Assembly (NCBI GenBank): GCA_964531095.1
Contig: CAZHED010000001.1
Location: 321,996 to 385,995 of the forward strand
Source of the DNA: an uncultured Polyangiaceae bacterium
GTDB lineage: Bacteria; Myxococcota_A; Polyangia; Polyangiales; Polyangiaceae
Reading direction: 5' to 3'
Length of the DNA: 64,000 nt
A model generated the notes under the pieces. That model had not been told where the DNA came from and did no database searches. It saw only the letters and a list, made by a program, of their open reading frames with translations. The translations under genes and the position numbers were made by a program. Of the stretch, positions 9,748 to 20,084 are shown one piece after another; position 1 is the first letter of the stretch; each line of letters begins with the position of its first letter.

Positions 9748-11004
9748 TCATGCCTCGATCGAGAACCCGCCGCGCTTGGCCGGCTTCTTCGGCGCCTTCG
9801 CCGTCGCGTGGCCGTTGGTGCCATTGACGCGCACTCCCTTGGGGGACGCGCGCAGCAAGTCGTCGGCGATCTTGGCGGCGCGGTCCGTCTTTTCCCACGC
9901 GAACTCCGGTCGGCCGAAGTGTCCGTACGCAGCCGTTCGCTTGTAAATCGGTGCCAGCAGCCCTAGGTCGTCGATCAGCGCCTTCGGGCGCATGTCGAAG
10001 TTGGCGAGGACGTACTTCTCGAGCACCTCGTCGGTGACTTTGCCCGTGCCGAACGAGTTCACGTGCACGCCGACCGGCTGCGCGACGCCGATCGCGTAGG
10101 CGATCTGCACTTCGCAGCGCTTGGCGACGCCGGATGCCACGATGTTCTTGGCAATGTAGCGCGCGTAGTAGCACGCGCTCCGGTCGACCTTGCTCGGGTC
10201 TTTGCCGCTGAACGCCCCGCCCCCGTGCCGGCCCATTCCGCCGTACGTGTCGACGATGATCTTGCGGCCGGTGAGCCCGCAGTCGCCCTGCGGCCCGCCG
10301 ATGACGAACCGCCCGGTCGGGTTGACGTGCACCTTCGTGCTCTTGTCGACCAGCCTCTTGGGGAGCGCCTTGTCGATGACCAGCTCGACGACGGCTTCGC
10401 GCAGCTGCTTGTACTTCACCTTCTCGTCGTGCTGCGTGCTGACGACGATCGCGTCAATGCGCACCGGCACGTCGTTCTCGTACTCGAGCGTGATCTGGGT
10501 TTTGCCGTCGGGGCGCAGAAAGTCGACCGCCTTCTTCTTTCGCACGGCGGCCAGCTGGCGCGCGAGGGTGTGCGCGTATTGAATCGCGGCCGGCATGAGC
10601 TCAGGGGTTTCGTCGGTCGCGTAGCCGAACATGAGCCCCTGGTCGCCGGCTCCCTGCTCCTTGTGCAGGCCGTCGCCCTCGTTCACGCCCTGCGCGATGT
10701 CGGGGCTCTGTCGCTCGACCGCGGTGAGCACGGCGCACGTGGCCGAGTCGAAGCCCATGGCCGAGCTGACGTAGCCGATCTCTTTCACGGTCTCGCGCAC
10801 GACCTGGGGAAAGTCGATGCGGGCGGTCGTGGTAATCTCGCCGGCGACGACCACCATCCCCGTCTTCGCGAGCGTCTCGCAGGCGACGCGCGCCTTGCGG
10901 TCCTGCGTGAGGATGGCGTCCAGGATCGCGTCGGATACCTGATCGCAGAGCTTGTCCGGGTGCCCCTCGGTGACCGACTCGGACGTGAAACGATAGCGGG
11001 ACAT
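9748..11004 (-). CDS. metK: S-adenosylmethionine synthetase
   Basis: The internal ATG at 11004 gives [22 protein letters not shown]. The motifs [12 protein letters not shown] and DTYGG are present. A Lys-rich tail of about 30 aa extends past the usual end. Confidence 0.95.
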   Translation of the reverse strand: MSRYRFTSESVTEGHPDKLCDQVSDAILDAILTQDRKARVACETLAKTGMVVVAGEITTTARIDFPQVVRETVKEIGYVSSAMGFDSATCAVLTAVERQSPDIAQGVNEGDGLHKEQGAGDQGLMFGYATDETPELMPAAIQYAHTLARQLAAVRKKKAVDFLRPDGKTQITLEYENDVPVRIDAIVVSTQHDEKVKYKQLREAVVELVIDKALPKRLVDKSTKVHVNPTGRFVIGGPQGDCGLTGRKIIVDTYGGMGRHGGGAFSGKDPSKVDRSACYYARYIAKNIVASGVAKRCEVQIAYAIGVAQPVGVHVNSFGTGKVTDEVLEKYVLANFDMRPKALIDDLGLLAPIYKRTAAYGHFGRPEFAWEKTDRAAKIADDLLRASPKGVRVNGTNGHATAKAPKKPAKRGGFSIEA

Positions 11005-11075
11005 GTGGCTCGCGTCTCCTTGGTGGGAAGGCGTTTCACTTAGTACGGAGGTCAACCGAAATCAAAGGCGGGGAG

Positions 11076-12254
11076 GTGGGGGCGCAGCCGCATGCCTTGC
11101 GTCAGGCAGCGCACATCGGCGACAATCCACCCGCCGTGCCACTTCGCGAGGGCCGGCAAGCGGGGAGAAAACGACCAGTGGCCGCCGCAGAGCCGACGGG
11201 GGAGGGGACAGCGCGCATCGGCGAGCGTGCCGCGGGCAAGTACGACCTCAAGAGCCTTCTCGGTGCGGGCGCGATGGGGGCGGTCTATGAGTGCGTGCAC
11301 GTCGAGCTCGGCAAGCGCCTGGCCATCAAGCTGCTGCGGCCCGAATTTTTCGGATCGCCCGAGATCGTGGCGCGCTTTCGCCGCGAGGCGCGTGCGGCGA
11401 GCGCGATCGAGAGCGAGCACATCGCCCAAATCTTCGACTTCGGGCGCGACGAGCGCCTCGGCTTCTACATGGTGATCGAGTACCTGCGCGGCGAGGACCT
11501 CGAGGCACGCCTGGCCCGCGAGCGCTGGATCGAGGTGCGCGAGGCCGCCGCTATCGCGTGGCAGGTCGCGCGAGGTCTCGCCCGGGCGCACGAAGCCGGG
11601 GTCATCCACCGGGATCTCAAGCCCCCGAACGTCTTTCTCACGCGGCGCGACGACGGGTCGCTCCTCGCGAAGATCCTCGACTTCGGGATTTCGAAGCTCC
11701 AGCCGGCCAAGTGGGTTGTCCCCTCGGAAGAAGCGCTCCAGGGCGAGCCGACGCTCACCGAGATCGGCACGACCCTCGGCACGCCGCAGTACATGTCTCC
11801 GGAGCAATGCCGGGGCGCGGGTGGGCTCGACGGGCGCGCCGACGTGTGGTCGCTGTGCGCGGTGCTCTACGAGATGCTCGCCGGGCAGCCGGCCATCTCG
11901 GACGCGGGGGGCTTGGTCGCCGCGATGCAGCGGATCGTCTCGAGAGACGTCCGCCCTCTGGCCGACCTCGCGCCATGGGTGCCCGAGCCCCTCGCGCGGG
12001 TCGTCCACGCGGGCCTGATCCGCGATCCGGAGGCGCGCCTCCCCGACGTGGCGACGCTCGCCGACCGGCTCCTCGACGCGTGCCCGGAAGCGGGGGAGCG
12101 CAGGGCGACCGGGGCGATCGAGCACCCGACCGACCCGTCGGAGCTCGCGCCGAGCGAGGCGTCGCCCCCGTCGAGCGCGGACGACCGGGTCGAGCTCTTC
12201 ATGCGCAGCGGCGAGCTGCCCGTCCCGGTAGCCAGGCGAAAGAGAGAGAGCTGA
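11076..12254 (+). CDS. Ser/Thr protein kinase (Hanks-type)
   Basis: Kinase subdomains are present: LGAGAMGAVYE, AIKLL, HRDLKPPNVF, DFGISK and GTPQYMSPEQ. The start is uncertain: GTG at 11076, or GTG at 11178 preceded by GGGGAG. Confidence 0.8.
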   Translation: MGAQPHALRQAAHIGDNPPAVPLREGRQAGRKRPVAAAEPTGEGTARIGERAAGKYDLKSLLGAGAMGAVYECVHVELGKRLAIKLLRPEFFGSPEIVARFRREARAASAIESEHIAQIFDFGRDERLGFYMVIEYLRGEDLEARLARERWIEVREAAAIAWQVARGLARAHEAGVIHRDLKPPNVFLTRRDDGSLLAKILDFGISKLQPAKWVVPSEEALQGEPTLTEIGTTLGTPQYMSPEQCRGAGGLDGRADVWSLCAVLYEMLAGQPAISDAGGLVAAMQRIVSRDVRPLADLAPWVPEPLARVVHAGLIRDPEARLPDVATLADRLLDACPEAGERRATGAIEHPTDPSELAPSEASPPSSADDRVELFMRSGELPVPVARRKRES

Positions 12255-12321
12255 GCTCGAGCGCCCGTCGCCGGATTGCCGGACTGGTCAGCCGCGCTCC
12301 GGGAGGTTAAAGACACCCGAG

Positions 12322-12341
12322 GTGCAACCTCCGCTCCGCCC
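12322..12341 (+). repeat. copy of dispersed 20-nt motif GTGCA(A/G)CCTCCGCTCCGCCC
   Basis: GTGCAACCTCCGCTCCGCCC lies in the kinase-gcvP spacer. It differs at 1 position from the copies at 37896 and 45589 (reverse complement). Confidence 0.8.
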
Positions 12342-12353
12342 CTCCCCCTCCTA

Positions 12354-15221
12354 ATGCCGCTGCCGATCGCGCATCCAGACCGTTTCCTTCTCCGCCACGT
12401 GGGTCCCAACGAAGAGGAAGTCGCCGAGATGCTCCGCCGCATCGGGGCGGCGTCGCTCGACCAGCTGATCGACCAGACGATCCCCAGCACCATCCGGCTG
12501 CGGCACAAGCTCGACCTCCCCGCCGCCCAGAGCGAGCACGATCTGCTCGATCGCATGCACGCCATCGCGGCCGACAACGAAGTCTGGCGGTCCTATCTCG
12601 GCATGGGCTACTCGGACTGCATCACGCCCCCGGTCATCCTGCGCAACGTCATCGAGAACCCTGGCTGGTACACGCAGTACACCCCCTATCAGGCCGAGAT
12701 ATCGCAAGGCCGGCTCGAGGCCCTCCTCAACTTCCAGACGATGGTCAGCGACCTGACGGCGCTCCCGATCGCCAACGCCTCGCTGCTCGACGAGGCGACC
12801 GCCGCCGCCGAGGCGATGCAGATGATGGATGCGTTTCGAGGCGCGGACGACCGTCGCGTCCTTCTCGTCTCCGACGGATGCCACCCGCAGACCATCGACG
12901 TCGTGCGCACACGCGCGGCCGCACATCGCGTCGACGTGGTCGTGGGCGACCCTCGATCGTTCGACTTGTCGAAGAAGGCATTCGGCGTCCTTCTCCAATA
13001 CCCGGCGACCGACGGGGCCATCGACGATCACCGGGGCCTCATCGAGCGCGCGCACGCCGCGGGGGCGATGGTCACGATGGCGTGCGACCTGCTCGCCCTG
13101 GCGCTGCTCGTGCCTCCGGGGGAGCTCGGGGCAGACATCGCGGTCGGCAGCGCCCAGCGCTTCGGCGTGCCGCTGGGATACGGTGGCCCGCACGCGGCGT
13201 TCTTCGCGTGCAAGGCCGATATGGTGCGCAGGCTCCCGGGCCGGATCATCGGCGCGAGCGTCGACGTGCACGGCAGGCCGGCGCTCCGGATGGCGCTTCA
13301 AACCCGGGAGCAGCACATCCGCAGAGAGCGGGCGACCAGCAACGTGTGCACCGCGCAGGCGCTGCTCGCGGTCGTCGCCGGGATGTACGCGGTGTACCAC
13401 GGGCCGAAGGGCATTCGCGCGATCGCCGAGCGCGTTCACGGCGTCACCGCGTCGCTCGCCCTCGGTCTGCGCAAGCTCGGCGCGCACGTGGTGCACGACC
13501 GCTTCTTCGACACGCTTCGGGTCGCCGGCGAACCGAAGAAGGTGGCGGAGTGGCTCCTCGAAGCACGAACGCGGCGATTCAACCTGCGCCGAATCGACGA
13601 ACGCACGGTCGGAGTCGCCCTCGACGAGACGGTCTCGCCGCAAGACGTCGACGCGCTCCTCGCGGTGTTCAACGACGGTCGTCGCCCGGCGCTCGGCTGC
13701 GAGGCGCTGGCGGCCGAGGCATTGCCCGCGCTCGGGGGCCTCGAGCGCACGAGCGCGTATCTCGAGCATCCGGTGTTCAACACGCACCACTCCGAGACCG
13801 AGATGCTCCGCTACCTGCATTCCCTGCAGGGGCGCGACCTGTCGCTCGTTCACTCGATGATCCCACTGGGATCGTGCACGATGAAGCTCAACGCGACCGC
13901 GGAGATGATGCCGATCACCTGGGCGCGCTTCTCCCGCGTGCATCCGTTCGCGCCCACCGATCAGACGCGCGGCTACCAGACGATCATCAAGCAGCTCGAA
14001 GCGATGCTCGCGGAGATCACCGGCTTCCCGGCCGTGAGCCTCCAGCCGAACTCGGGCGCACAGGGGGAGCTCGCAGGACTCCTCGTCATCCGCAAGTACC
14101 ACGATTCACGCGGCCAGGGGCAGCGCGACGTGTGCCTCATCCCGGCGAGCGCGCACGGAACGAACCCCGCGTCGGCGGCGATGGCCGGCATGCGGGTCGT
14201 GGTCGTCGCGTGCGACGAGAAGGGGTACATCGACCTCGCCGACCTCGCGGCCAAAGCGCGCGAGCACGCCGGCCGGCTCGCGTCGATCATGATCACGTAT
14301 CCGTCGACGTACGGCATCTTCGAGGAGGACATCGAACAAATCTGCGCGACGGTGCACGAGCACGGCGGGCAGGTGTACCTGGACGGAGCGAACCTCAACG
14401 CGCAAGTCGGCCTCTGCCGCCCAGCGGACGTGGGCGCCGACGTCTGCCACGTGAACCTGCACAAGACGTTTTGCATTCCGCACGGAGGTGGCGGCCCGGG
14501 GATGGGTCCCATCGCTGTCGCGGAGCACCTGGCGAAGTTTCTCCCGCGTCACCCGGTCGTGCCCGTCGGAGGCAGCGACGGAATCGGCGCGGTGAGCGCG
14601 GCGCCCTGGGGGAGCGCGAGCATTCTTCTGATCTCATGGGCCTACATCGCGATGATGGGGGCGGAAGGGCTGAAGCGCGCGACCGAGGTAGCCATCCTCA
14701 ATGCGAACTACGTGGCCGATCGGCTGCACGAGCATTTCCCGGTTTTCTATCGGGGAAAGCGCGGGCGGGTCGCGCACGAGTGCATTCTCGATACGCGCTC
14801 GGTCAAGCGGAGCGCTGGCGTCGAGGTCGACGACATCGCGAAGCGCCTGATGGACTACGGCTTTCATGCACCGACGATGAGCTTTCCGATCGCCGGAACG
14901 CTGATGGTCGAGCCGACGGAAAGCGAATCGAAGGCGGAGCTCGATCGCTTCTGCGAGGCGATGATCGCGATCCGCCGGGAGATCGCCGCGGTCGAATTGG
15001 GGCAAATGTCGCGCGACGACAACCCCCTCAAGCACGCGCCCCACACGGCGCAGGCGATCGCGGCGGACGAGTGGAACCACCCGTACTCCCGGGGGCAGGC
15101 GGCGTTCCCGGCGGAGTGGACGCGCGCGGCGAAGTTCTGGCCGTCGGTCGGACGGATCAACAACGCGCAGGGCGATAGGAATCTGATTTGCACCTGTCCG
15201 CCGCTCGACGGTTCGGACTGA
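12354..15221 (+). CDS. gcvP: glycine dehydrogenase (decarboxylating), single-chain P protein
   Basis: The in-frame ATG at 12354 gives [18 protein letters not shown], which is the usual distance to the RH(I/V)GP motif. The P-protein pattern runs over the full length and includes [16 protein letters not shown] (PLP lysine region). Confidence 0.95.
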   Translation: MPLPIAHPDRFLLRHVGPNEEEVAEMLRRIGAASLDQLIDQTIPSTIRLRHKLDLPAAQSEHDLLDRMHAIAADNEVWRSYLGMGYSDCITPPVILRNVIENPGWYTQYTPYQAEISQGRLEALLNFQTMVSDLTALPIANASLLDEATAAAEAMQMMDAFRGADDRRVLLVSDGCHPQTIDVVRTRAAAHRVDVVVGDPRSFDLSKKAFGVLLQYPATDGAIDDHRGLIERAHAAGAMVTMACDLLALALLVPPGELGADIAVGSAQRFGVPLGYGGPHAAFFACKADMVRRLPGRIIGASVDVHGRPALRMALQTREQHIRRERATSNVCTAQALLAVVAGMYAVYHGPKGIRAIAERVHGVTASLALGLRKLGAHVVHDRFFDTLRVAGEPKKVAEWLLEARTRRFNLRRIDERTVGVALDETVSPQDVDALLAVFNDGRRPALGCEALAAEALPALGGLERTSAYLEHPVFNTHHSETEMLRYLHSLQGRDLSLVHSMIPLGSCTMKLNATAEMMPITWARFSRVHPFAPTDQTRGYQTIIKQLEAMLAEITGFPAVSLQPNSGAQGELAGLLVIRKYHDSRGQGQRDVCLIPASAHGTNPASAAMAGMRVVVVACDEKGYIDLADLAAKAREHAGRLASIMITYPSTYGIFEEDIEQICATVHEHGGQVYLDGANLNAQVGLCRPADVGADVCHVNLHKTFCIPHGGGGPGMGPIAVAEHLAKFLPRHPVVPVGGSDGIGAVSAAPWGSASILLISWAYIAMMGAEGLKRATEVAILNANYVADRLHEHFPVFYRGKRGRVAHECILDTRSVKRSAGVEVDDIAKRLMDYGFHAPTMSFPIAGTLMVEPTESESKAELDRFCEAMIAIRREIAAVELGQMSRDDNPLKHAPHTAQAIAADEWNHPYSRGQAAFPAEWTRAAKFWPSVGRINNAQGDRNLICTCPPLDGSD

Positions 15222-15259
15222 GAGCGACAGCGACTATCGCCCTCGAGCCTCTCTCCGCG

Positions 15260-16393
15260 ATGCGCTACCCTTCGGCCCCCTTGTCCGAGCTCCCCCTTCG
15301 ACGAACTTCCCTCTACGCCGAGCACCTCGCGCTCGGCGCGCGCATCGTGCCATTCGCTGGCTGGCAAATGCCGGTTCAGTACACCGGTATCGTCGACGAG
15401 CACAACGCCGTCCGCCGGGCCGCGGGCATCTTCGACGCCAGCCACATGGGCGAGCTCGTCCTGCGCGGCGAGTACGCTGCGCAGGTCGTCGACTATCTGG
15501 TGACGAACGACGCGAAGAAGCTCGCCGACGGCCAGGCGATGTACACCTGCGCTTGCAACGAGCGCGGCACGATTCTCGATGACCTCATCGTGTACCGGCG
15601 CACGAGCGACGACTGGCTCGTCGTCGTCAACGCGTCGAACGTCGACAAGATACGCGCGGCGTTTGCGCGCGTCGCCGCCGAGCATTGCGACTTCGATGAC
15701 CAGAGCGCGTCGACCGCGCTCATGCCGCTGCAGGGGCCGCGCGCCTTCGACATTCTCGCCCTGCTCGGCCGCGACGGCGAGGAGCTCGCGCGCCTGCGCC
15801 CGTTTTGCTTGCGCGACGCCGAGCTCGCCGGGGTTCGATGCACCGTCGCGCGAACCGGGTACACCGGCGAGGACGGCGTCGAGATCTTTTGCCCGTGGGA
15901 AGACGCGCCTCGGGTGTGGCGCGCGCTCCTCGAGGCGGGCTCGCCTCTCGGCCTCAAGCCCGCCGGCCTCGGCGCGCGAGACACGCTGCGCCTCGAGGCG
16001 CGCCTCGCCCTCTACGGCAATGACATCGACGAGACCACCAACCCGCTCGAAGCGGGGCTGGGCTGGGTCGTCAAGCTCGACAAAGGGGATTTCGTCGGCG
16101 GTGCGGCGCTGGCGGAGCTCAAGGCGCGGCCTTTGGCGCGCAGGCTCGTCGGCTTCGAGATGGTCGGAAGGGGCGTCGCCCGCCATGGCTACGTCCTGCG
16201 GAGCATGGACGAGCGAGAGGTGGGGGTCTGCACGAGCGGCAGCCCGGCGCCCACGGTTGGCAAGAACATCGGGCTCGGCTATGTGCCGACGGCGATGTCG
16301 CCGGTCGGAACGCGGCTCCTCGTCGATTGTCGCGGAAAGAACGTCGAGGCGGTCGTCGTGACGACGCCGTTTTACAAGAGGGCAAGCACATGA
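15260..16393 (+). CDS. gcvT: aminomethyltransferase (glycine cleavage T protein)
   Basis: ATG at 15260. Motifs LYAEHLALGARIVPFAGWQMPVQY, DASHMGEL and GYTGEDGVEIF are present. Confidence 0.9.
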   Translation: MRYPSAPLSELPLRRTSLYAEHLALGARIVPFAGWQMPVQYTGIVDEHNAVRRAAGIFDASHMGELVLRGEYAAQVVDYLVTNDAKKLADGQAMYTCACNERGTILDDLIVYRRTSDDWLVVVNASNVDKIRAAFARVAAEHCDFDDQSASTALMPLQGPRAFDILALLGRDGEELARLRPFCLRDAELAGVRCTVARTGYTGEDGVEIFCPWEDAPRVWRALLEAGSPLGLKPAGLGARDTLRLEARLALYGNDIDETTNPLEAGLGWVVKLDKGDFVGGAALAELKARPLARRLVGFEMVGRGVARHGYVLRSMDEREVGVCTSGSPAPTVGKNIGLGYVPTAMSPVGTRLLVDCRGKNVEAVVVTTPFYKRAST

Positions 16394-16788
16394 GCGATCC
16401 CGTTCCGGCCGATCTCCGTTACACCAAAGAGCACGAGTGGGTTCGCGTCGGGGCGGCGGACGTCGCGGTCGGCATCACGGCGTTTGCCGTCGATCAGCTC
16501 GGCGATATCACGCTCGTGAACCTCGACGTGAAGGTCGGCGACCAGGTGTCGGCCGGCAAGCCGTTCGGCACCATCGAGAGCGTCAAGACGCTGAGCGATC
16601 TGTACGCGCCGGTCGCCGGCAAAGTCGTGCGCATCAACGACGCCGTGGCGAGCAAGCCGGAGATCGTCAACCAGGACTGCTTCGGCGCGGCATGGATGAT
16701 CGCGATCGCCCCGACCGATCCGCGAGCCGTCGACGCGCTGATGGACGCGAAGGCGTACGCCGAATACCTCAAGACCGCTGCTCACTAG
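16390..16788 (+). CDS. gcvH: glycine cleavage system H protein
   Basis: The ATG at 16390 overlaps the gcvT stop (ATGA). Motifs YTKEHEWV and the lipoyl-lysine region ESVKT are present. Confidence 0.9.
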   Translation: MSDPVPADLRYTKEHEWVRVGAADVAVGITAFAVDQLGDITLVNLDVKVGDQVSAGKPFGTIESVKTLSDLYAPVAGKVVRINDAVASKPEIVNQDCFGAAWMIAIAPTDPRAVDALMDAKAYAEYLKTAAH

Positions 16789-16810
16789 CGGCAAGCAGGG
16801 GCGAGAACCC

Positions 16811-18115
16811 GTGAAGCGCAAGCTGTTCGACGACTGGAACGCGTACATCGAGACGGCCGCTTCGAGCGATCCCTCCGAAGACGTCGTCTCCTTCCAGTCG
16901 CGCGTCCTCGGGCGGGAAGTGCGGGTCGAGCCGTCGCTCGCGCACCAGCCCGAGGGGCTCTCCAGCGTGGTGCACGCCGCGGGGATCAAGCACGAGGGCG
17001 TGCTCGACTTCGCCGTCGTGAAGATGGCGCGTCGCGCGGCCGCGGCGGCCGTGTTCACCAAGAACAGGTGTCCGGCGCACGCCATCACCTTCGATCGGCA
17101 GACGCTCGCCGACGGGCGCGCGCAGCTCCTCGCCGTGGTCAGCAAGAACGCCAACGTCTTCACCCCCCGGGGCGACGAAGACGTTCGGACGTTGGCCCGG
17201 TGGCTGTCGACGGAGTTCGACGTCGACGCGAACGACATCGTCTTGTCGTTCACCGGGGTCATCGGCGTCCCGCTCCCGATGCACAAGCTCGAGCGCGCCG
17301 TCGCAGGGCTCTCGAAGAGCCTCCGCCCGCACGCGCTCGACGCGGTTGCGCGCGCCATCCTGACGACCGATCGCGGCCCGAAGGTCTGCTCGGTAACGAT
17401 CGGCGACGTCGTCGTGTGCGCGATGGCCAAAGGGGCCGGCATGATCGAGCCGAACATGGCGACCATGCTCGCGTACTTCTTCACCAACGCCGCCGTCGAC
17501 GCCGCGCGTCTAAAGGCGGTGCTCGCCGACGCGGTCGAGCGGTCGTTCAACGCGATCAGCGTCGACTCCGACACGAGCACGAGCGACACGGTCGCCATTT
17601 TCTCCACCGGCGGCGCGTCGATCGATGGCGACGGCAACGCGGAAGCCGACTTCGTCGACGCGGTGCGCTGCATGTCGATCAAGCTGGCGCGCGACATCGT
17701 GGCCCAATCCGAGGGTGCCACGAAAGTCATCGAGTGCACCGTCCGGCTCGACGCATCGCCCGGCGACGCCGCGATCGTCGCCAAGAAGATCGTCAACTCG
17801 CCGCTCTTCAAAGCCGCGGTTCACGGAGGCGATCCGAATTGGGGGCGGATCGTCATGGCTATCGGCAAGCCCGACTCGCGCACGAACACGCCGGCGGTGG
17901 CTCCGACCGACCTCGTCATCCGGATGATGGGCGAAGTGGTCTTCTCGCGCTCGCAGCCGGTCGGCGCAGACCTGGGCCAGCTCGCTCGCAAGCTCCGCGA
18001 GGCCACGCGCGTCTCGGTCGATGTGCGCATCGGCGAGGGACGGCACGCCGCGACGGTCTGGGGATGCGATCTGAGCGCTCGCTACGTCGAGATCAACGCC
18101 GAGTACATGACCTGA
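16811..18115 (+). CDS. argJ: bifunctional ornithine acetyltransferase / N-acetylglutamate synthase
   Basis: The ArgJ self-cleavage motif EPNMATMLAYFFTNA is present, along with AAGIKHEG...AAVFTKN. The gene starts 22 nt after gcvH. About 50 aa extend N-terminally before the conserved core, so the start is uncertain. Confidence 0.85.
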   Translation: MKRKLFDDWNAYIETAASSDPSEDVVSFQSRVLGREVRVEPSLAHQPEGLSSVVHAAGIKHEGVLDFAVVKMARRAAAAAVFTKNRCPAHAITFDRQTLADGRAQLLAVVSKNANVFTPRGDEDVRTLARWLSTEFDVDANDIVLSFTGVIGVPLPMHKLERAVAGLSKSLRPHALDAVARAILTTDRGPKVCSVTIGDVVVCAMAKGAGMIEPNMATMLAYFFTNAAVDAARLKAVLADAVERSFNAISVDSDTSTSDTVAIFSTGGASIDGDGNAEADFVDAVRCMSIKLARDIVAQSEGATKVIECTVRLDASPGDAAIVAKKIVNSPLFKAAVHGGDPNWGRIVMAIGKPDSRTNTPAVAPTDLVIRMMGEVVFSRSQPVGADLGQLARKLREATRVSVDVRIGEGRHAATVWGCDLSARYVEINAEYMT

Positions 18116-18211
18116 CGCGCGCTCGAGAGGGGCTCGAGAGGGGGCGGGTCGACCGTTTTCTATGGCCGCCGCTGCGTTTTGAGACGCGCGTGGTATTGCT
18201 CCTCGGGACGC

Positions 18212-18763
18212 ATGCGCCGTCCCACCCTGCTGCCGCTCGTCGTCGTCCTGCTGGGAGCGTGCGCGCACGCGGACGGGTTCGAAGACGGCGTCCTTCGCAA
18301 GGGCGACCTCGCGGTGCATTTCGGCCCCCAGCCGCCCGGATGGAGACGTGTGGACGTCGACGGCGCGGACCTCGCGTTCCGCGACGACGACCGCGAGGGC
18401 TCGACGCTCGTCAACGTGCGCTGCGGGCGTCGCGACGACGACGCCCCGCTGTCGGTGCTCAGCGACCACCTGGTCATGGGGACCACCGAGCGCGAGATCG
18501 AGAGCCGCTTGACCGTCCCGTTCGACGGCCGCGAGGCGATGCACACGCTCCTGCGCGCCAAGCTCGACGGCGTGCCCATGCAGTACGACATCTTCGTCAT
18601 GAAGAAGGACGGCTGCTTGTACGACGTCGTCTACGTCGCGCCGCCCGCGCGCTTCGCAGAGGGCGCCCCGGACTTCGAGCGTTTCTCGCGCGGGATGCGC
18701 GCGCTTTCGTCGCCGACGGCGATCGGCAGCGAGCAGACGGCCACGCCGCGGAGCGACCGGTGA
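18212..18763 (+). CDS. hypothetical lipoprotein
   Basis: The ATG at 18212 gives MRRPTLLPLVVVLLGACAH (lipobox LLGAC). Its stop overlaps the next gene's GTG (GTGA at 18760-18763). Confidence 0.55.
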   Translation: MRRPTLLPLVVVLLGACAHADGFEDGVLRKGDLAVHFGPQPPGWRRVDVDGADLAFRDDDREGSTLVNVRCGRRDDDAPLSVLSDHLVMGTTEREIESRLTVPFDGREAMHTLLRAKLDGVPMQYDIFVMKKDGCLYDVVYVAPPARFAEGAPDFERFSRGMRALSSPTAIGSEQTATPRSDR

Positions 18764-19614
18764 TCCCCGAGCCTCCGGAGTCGTCGCGGCCGATGGGCCG
18801 CTCGTCCAGCCTTCCGCCACCGCTGCCCGCGCCGGCGCACGGCCAGTGGCTGGCGGCCGGCCTCACGCGCTTCGTCGATCACATGGGCGGCATCGGCATC
18901 CTCACGGGCCGAACGGCGATGTCGCTCGCCCGGCGTCCGCTGGAGATCGCGTCGACGGTGTATCAGATCGAGTCGCTCGGCGTTCGCTCGCTGGGCATCG
19001 TGGCCGTGACGTCCGTCTTCATCGGGATGGTCATGACCATCCAGTTCGCCTTCGGTCTGCAGCGCTTCGGGGGCATCGAGTACATCCCGCGCGTCATCGT
19101 TCTCTCGTTCTTGCGGGAGCTCGGGCCGACGCTCACGGCGATCATCGTCGGCGGGCGCATCGGCAGCGGCATGGCGGCCGAGGTCGGCGCGATGAACGTC
19201 ACCGAGCAAGTGGACGCCATCCGCGCGCTCGGCGGGGATCCCGCGAAGAAGCTGGTCTTGCCGCGCGTGGTCGCCGCGATGATCGTGATGCCGTTCTTGA
19301 GCATCTTCGCCGACGCGCTGGGCACCCTCGGAGCGCTCTTCGTCGCCGCGGTGGAGTACGACATCCGCCCGCGGCTCTTCATGCAGGCTTCGCTCGAGAC
19401 CGTGATGCTCAGCGATCTCTTCTCCGGCCTCGCCAAGACCCCCATCTTCGGCTTCATCATCGCGATCGTGGGATGCCACTTCGGTCTGACGACCCGCGGA
19501 GGCACCGAGGGCGTCGGCCAGAGCACGACCCGGACCGTGGTCGTCGTGTCGATCGCGATTCTGGTCGCCGACTACTGCCTGACGCGCATCTTCGTCGCCA
19601 TCTTGCCGCCGTAG
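18760..19614 (+). CDS. mlaE: MlaE-family ABC transporter permease
   Basis: This is the 3' part of ORF 17068..19614. RELGPTLTAIIVGGRIGSGMAAEVGAMNVTEQVDAIRALG is the MlaE/YrbE signature. The start is GTG at 18760 (coupled to the upstream stop) or ATG at 18793. Confidence 0.8.
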   Translation: MIPEPPESSRPMGRSSSLPPPLPAPAHGQWLAAGLTRFVDHMGGIGILTGRTAMSLARRPLEIASTVYQIESLGVRSLGIVAVTSVFIGMVMTIQFAFGLQRFGGIEYIPRVIVLSFLRELGPTLTAIIVGGRIGSGMAAEVGAMNVTEQVDAIRALGGDPAKKLVLPRVVAAMIVMPFLSIFADALGTLGALFVAAVEYDIRPRLFMQASLETVMLSDLFSGLAKTPIFGFIIAIVGCHFGLTTRGGTEGVGQSTTRTVVVVSIAILVADYCLTRIFVAILPP

Positions 19615-19640
19615 ACGTTGGCGGGCATCATGGACCCGTG

Positions 19641-20081
19641 ATGGCAGATGCGCCCAACGTCTTCACCCTCGAGGCCGTCAACGCGCTCGTCCCGCGCCTG
19701 CGCGCACTCGTGGGTCAGCAGATGGAGCGTCGCGCGGACATCGAAGGGCGTCTCGAGCGCCTGACGGACCTCATGGGCCAATCGCCCGAAACGATCCAGG
19801 TCGACGACCTCGATCCGCCGGACGTGCGCGTTCTCAAGCGCGAGCTCGTCGAGCGAATCGACGCTTACCGGCGCGGGTGGCGGGAGATCGAAGACATGGG
19901 CGCGGTGCTCAAAGATCCGCGCACCGGGCTCGTCGACTTCTACGGCCGCGTCGACGGCAAGCTCGTGTGGCTGTGCTGGAAGTATGGCGAGGAGGCCGTT
20001 TCCCATTACCATAGCCTCGACGAGGGCTTCGTCGGCCGAAGGGCCATCGAGCCCACGATGCGCCAGCGGCACCTGAACTAG
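19641..20081 (+). CDS. DUF2203-family protein
   Basis: This is the 3' part of ORF 18846..20081, with ATG at 19641. FTLEAVNALVP...GLVDFYGRVDGKLVWLCWKYGEEAVSHYHSLDEGFVGRRAI matches my memory of the DUF2203 pattern. Confidence 0.7.
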   Translation: MADAPNVFTLEAVNALVPRLRALVGQQMERRADIEGRLERLTDLMGQSPETIQVDDLDPPDVRVLKRELVERIDAYRRGWREIEDMGAVLKDPRTGLVDFYGRVDGKLVWLCWKYGEEAVSHYHSLDEGFVGRRAIEPTMRQRHLN

Positions 20082-20084
20082 CCC

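Noticed and set aside
11005-11075. SAM riboswitch upstream of metK
   Set aside because: The leader is only about 70 nt before the divergent kinase ORF. It shows no SAM-I or SAM-II conserved elements that I can recognise.
12296-12353. Possible glycine riboswitch in front of gcvP (CTCCGGGAGG...CACCCGAGGTGCAAC resembles GGAGAG...CACCGAAGGGGCAAC)
   Set aside because: Only about 12 of 15 core positions match, there is no P2 hairpin, and there is no CUCAGG...GGAC segment. The 3' half coincides with the dispersed 20-nt repeat also found at unrelated loci. An Rfam RF00504 cmscan would settle the question.
12351-15178. Long alternative ORFs (12351..14102 minus, 12878..15178 plus, 12829..13860 plus)
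   Set aside because: All lie inside gcvP in other frames or on the other strand. They are high-GC artefacts.
18121-18142. 11-bp tandem repeat GCTCGAGAGGG x2 after argJ
   Set aside because: It is real in the sequence, but it is short and GC-rich in a 96-bp spacer. It is most simply a slippage duplication, and there is no further evidence of function.
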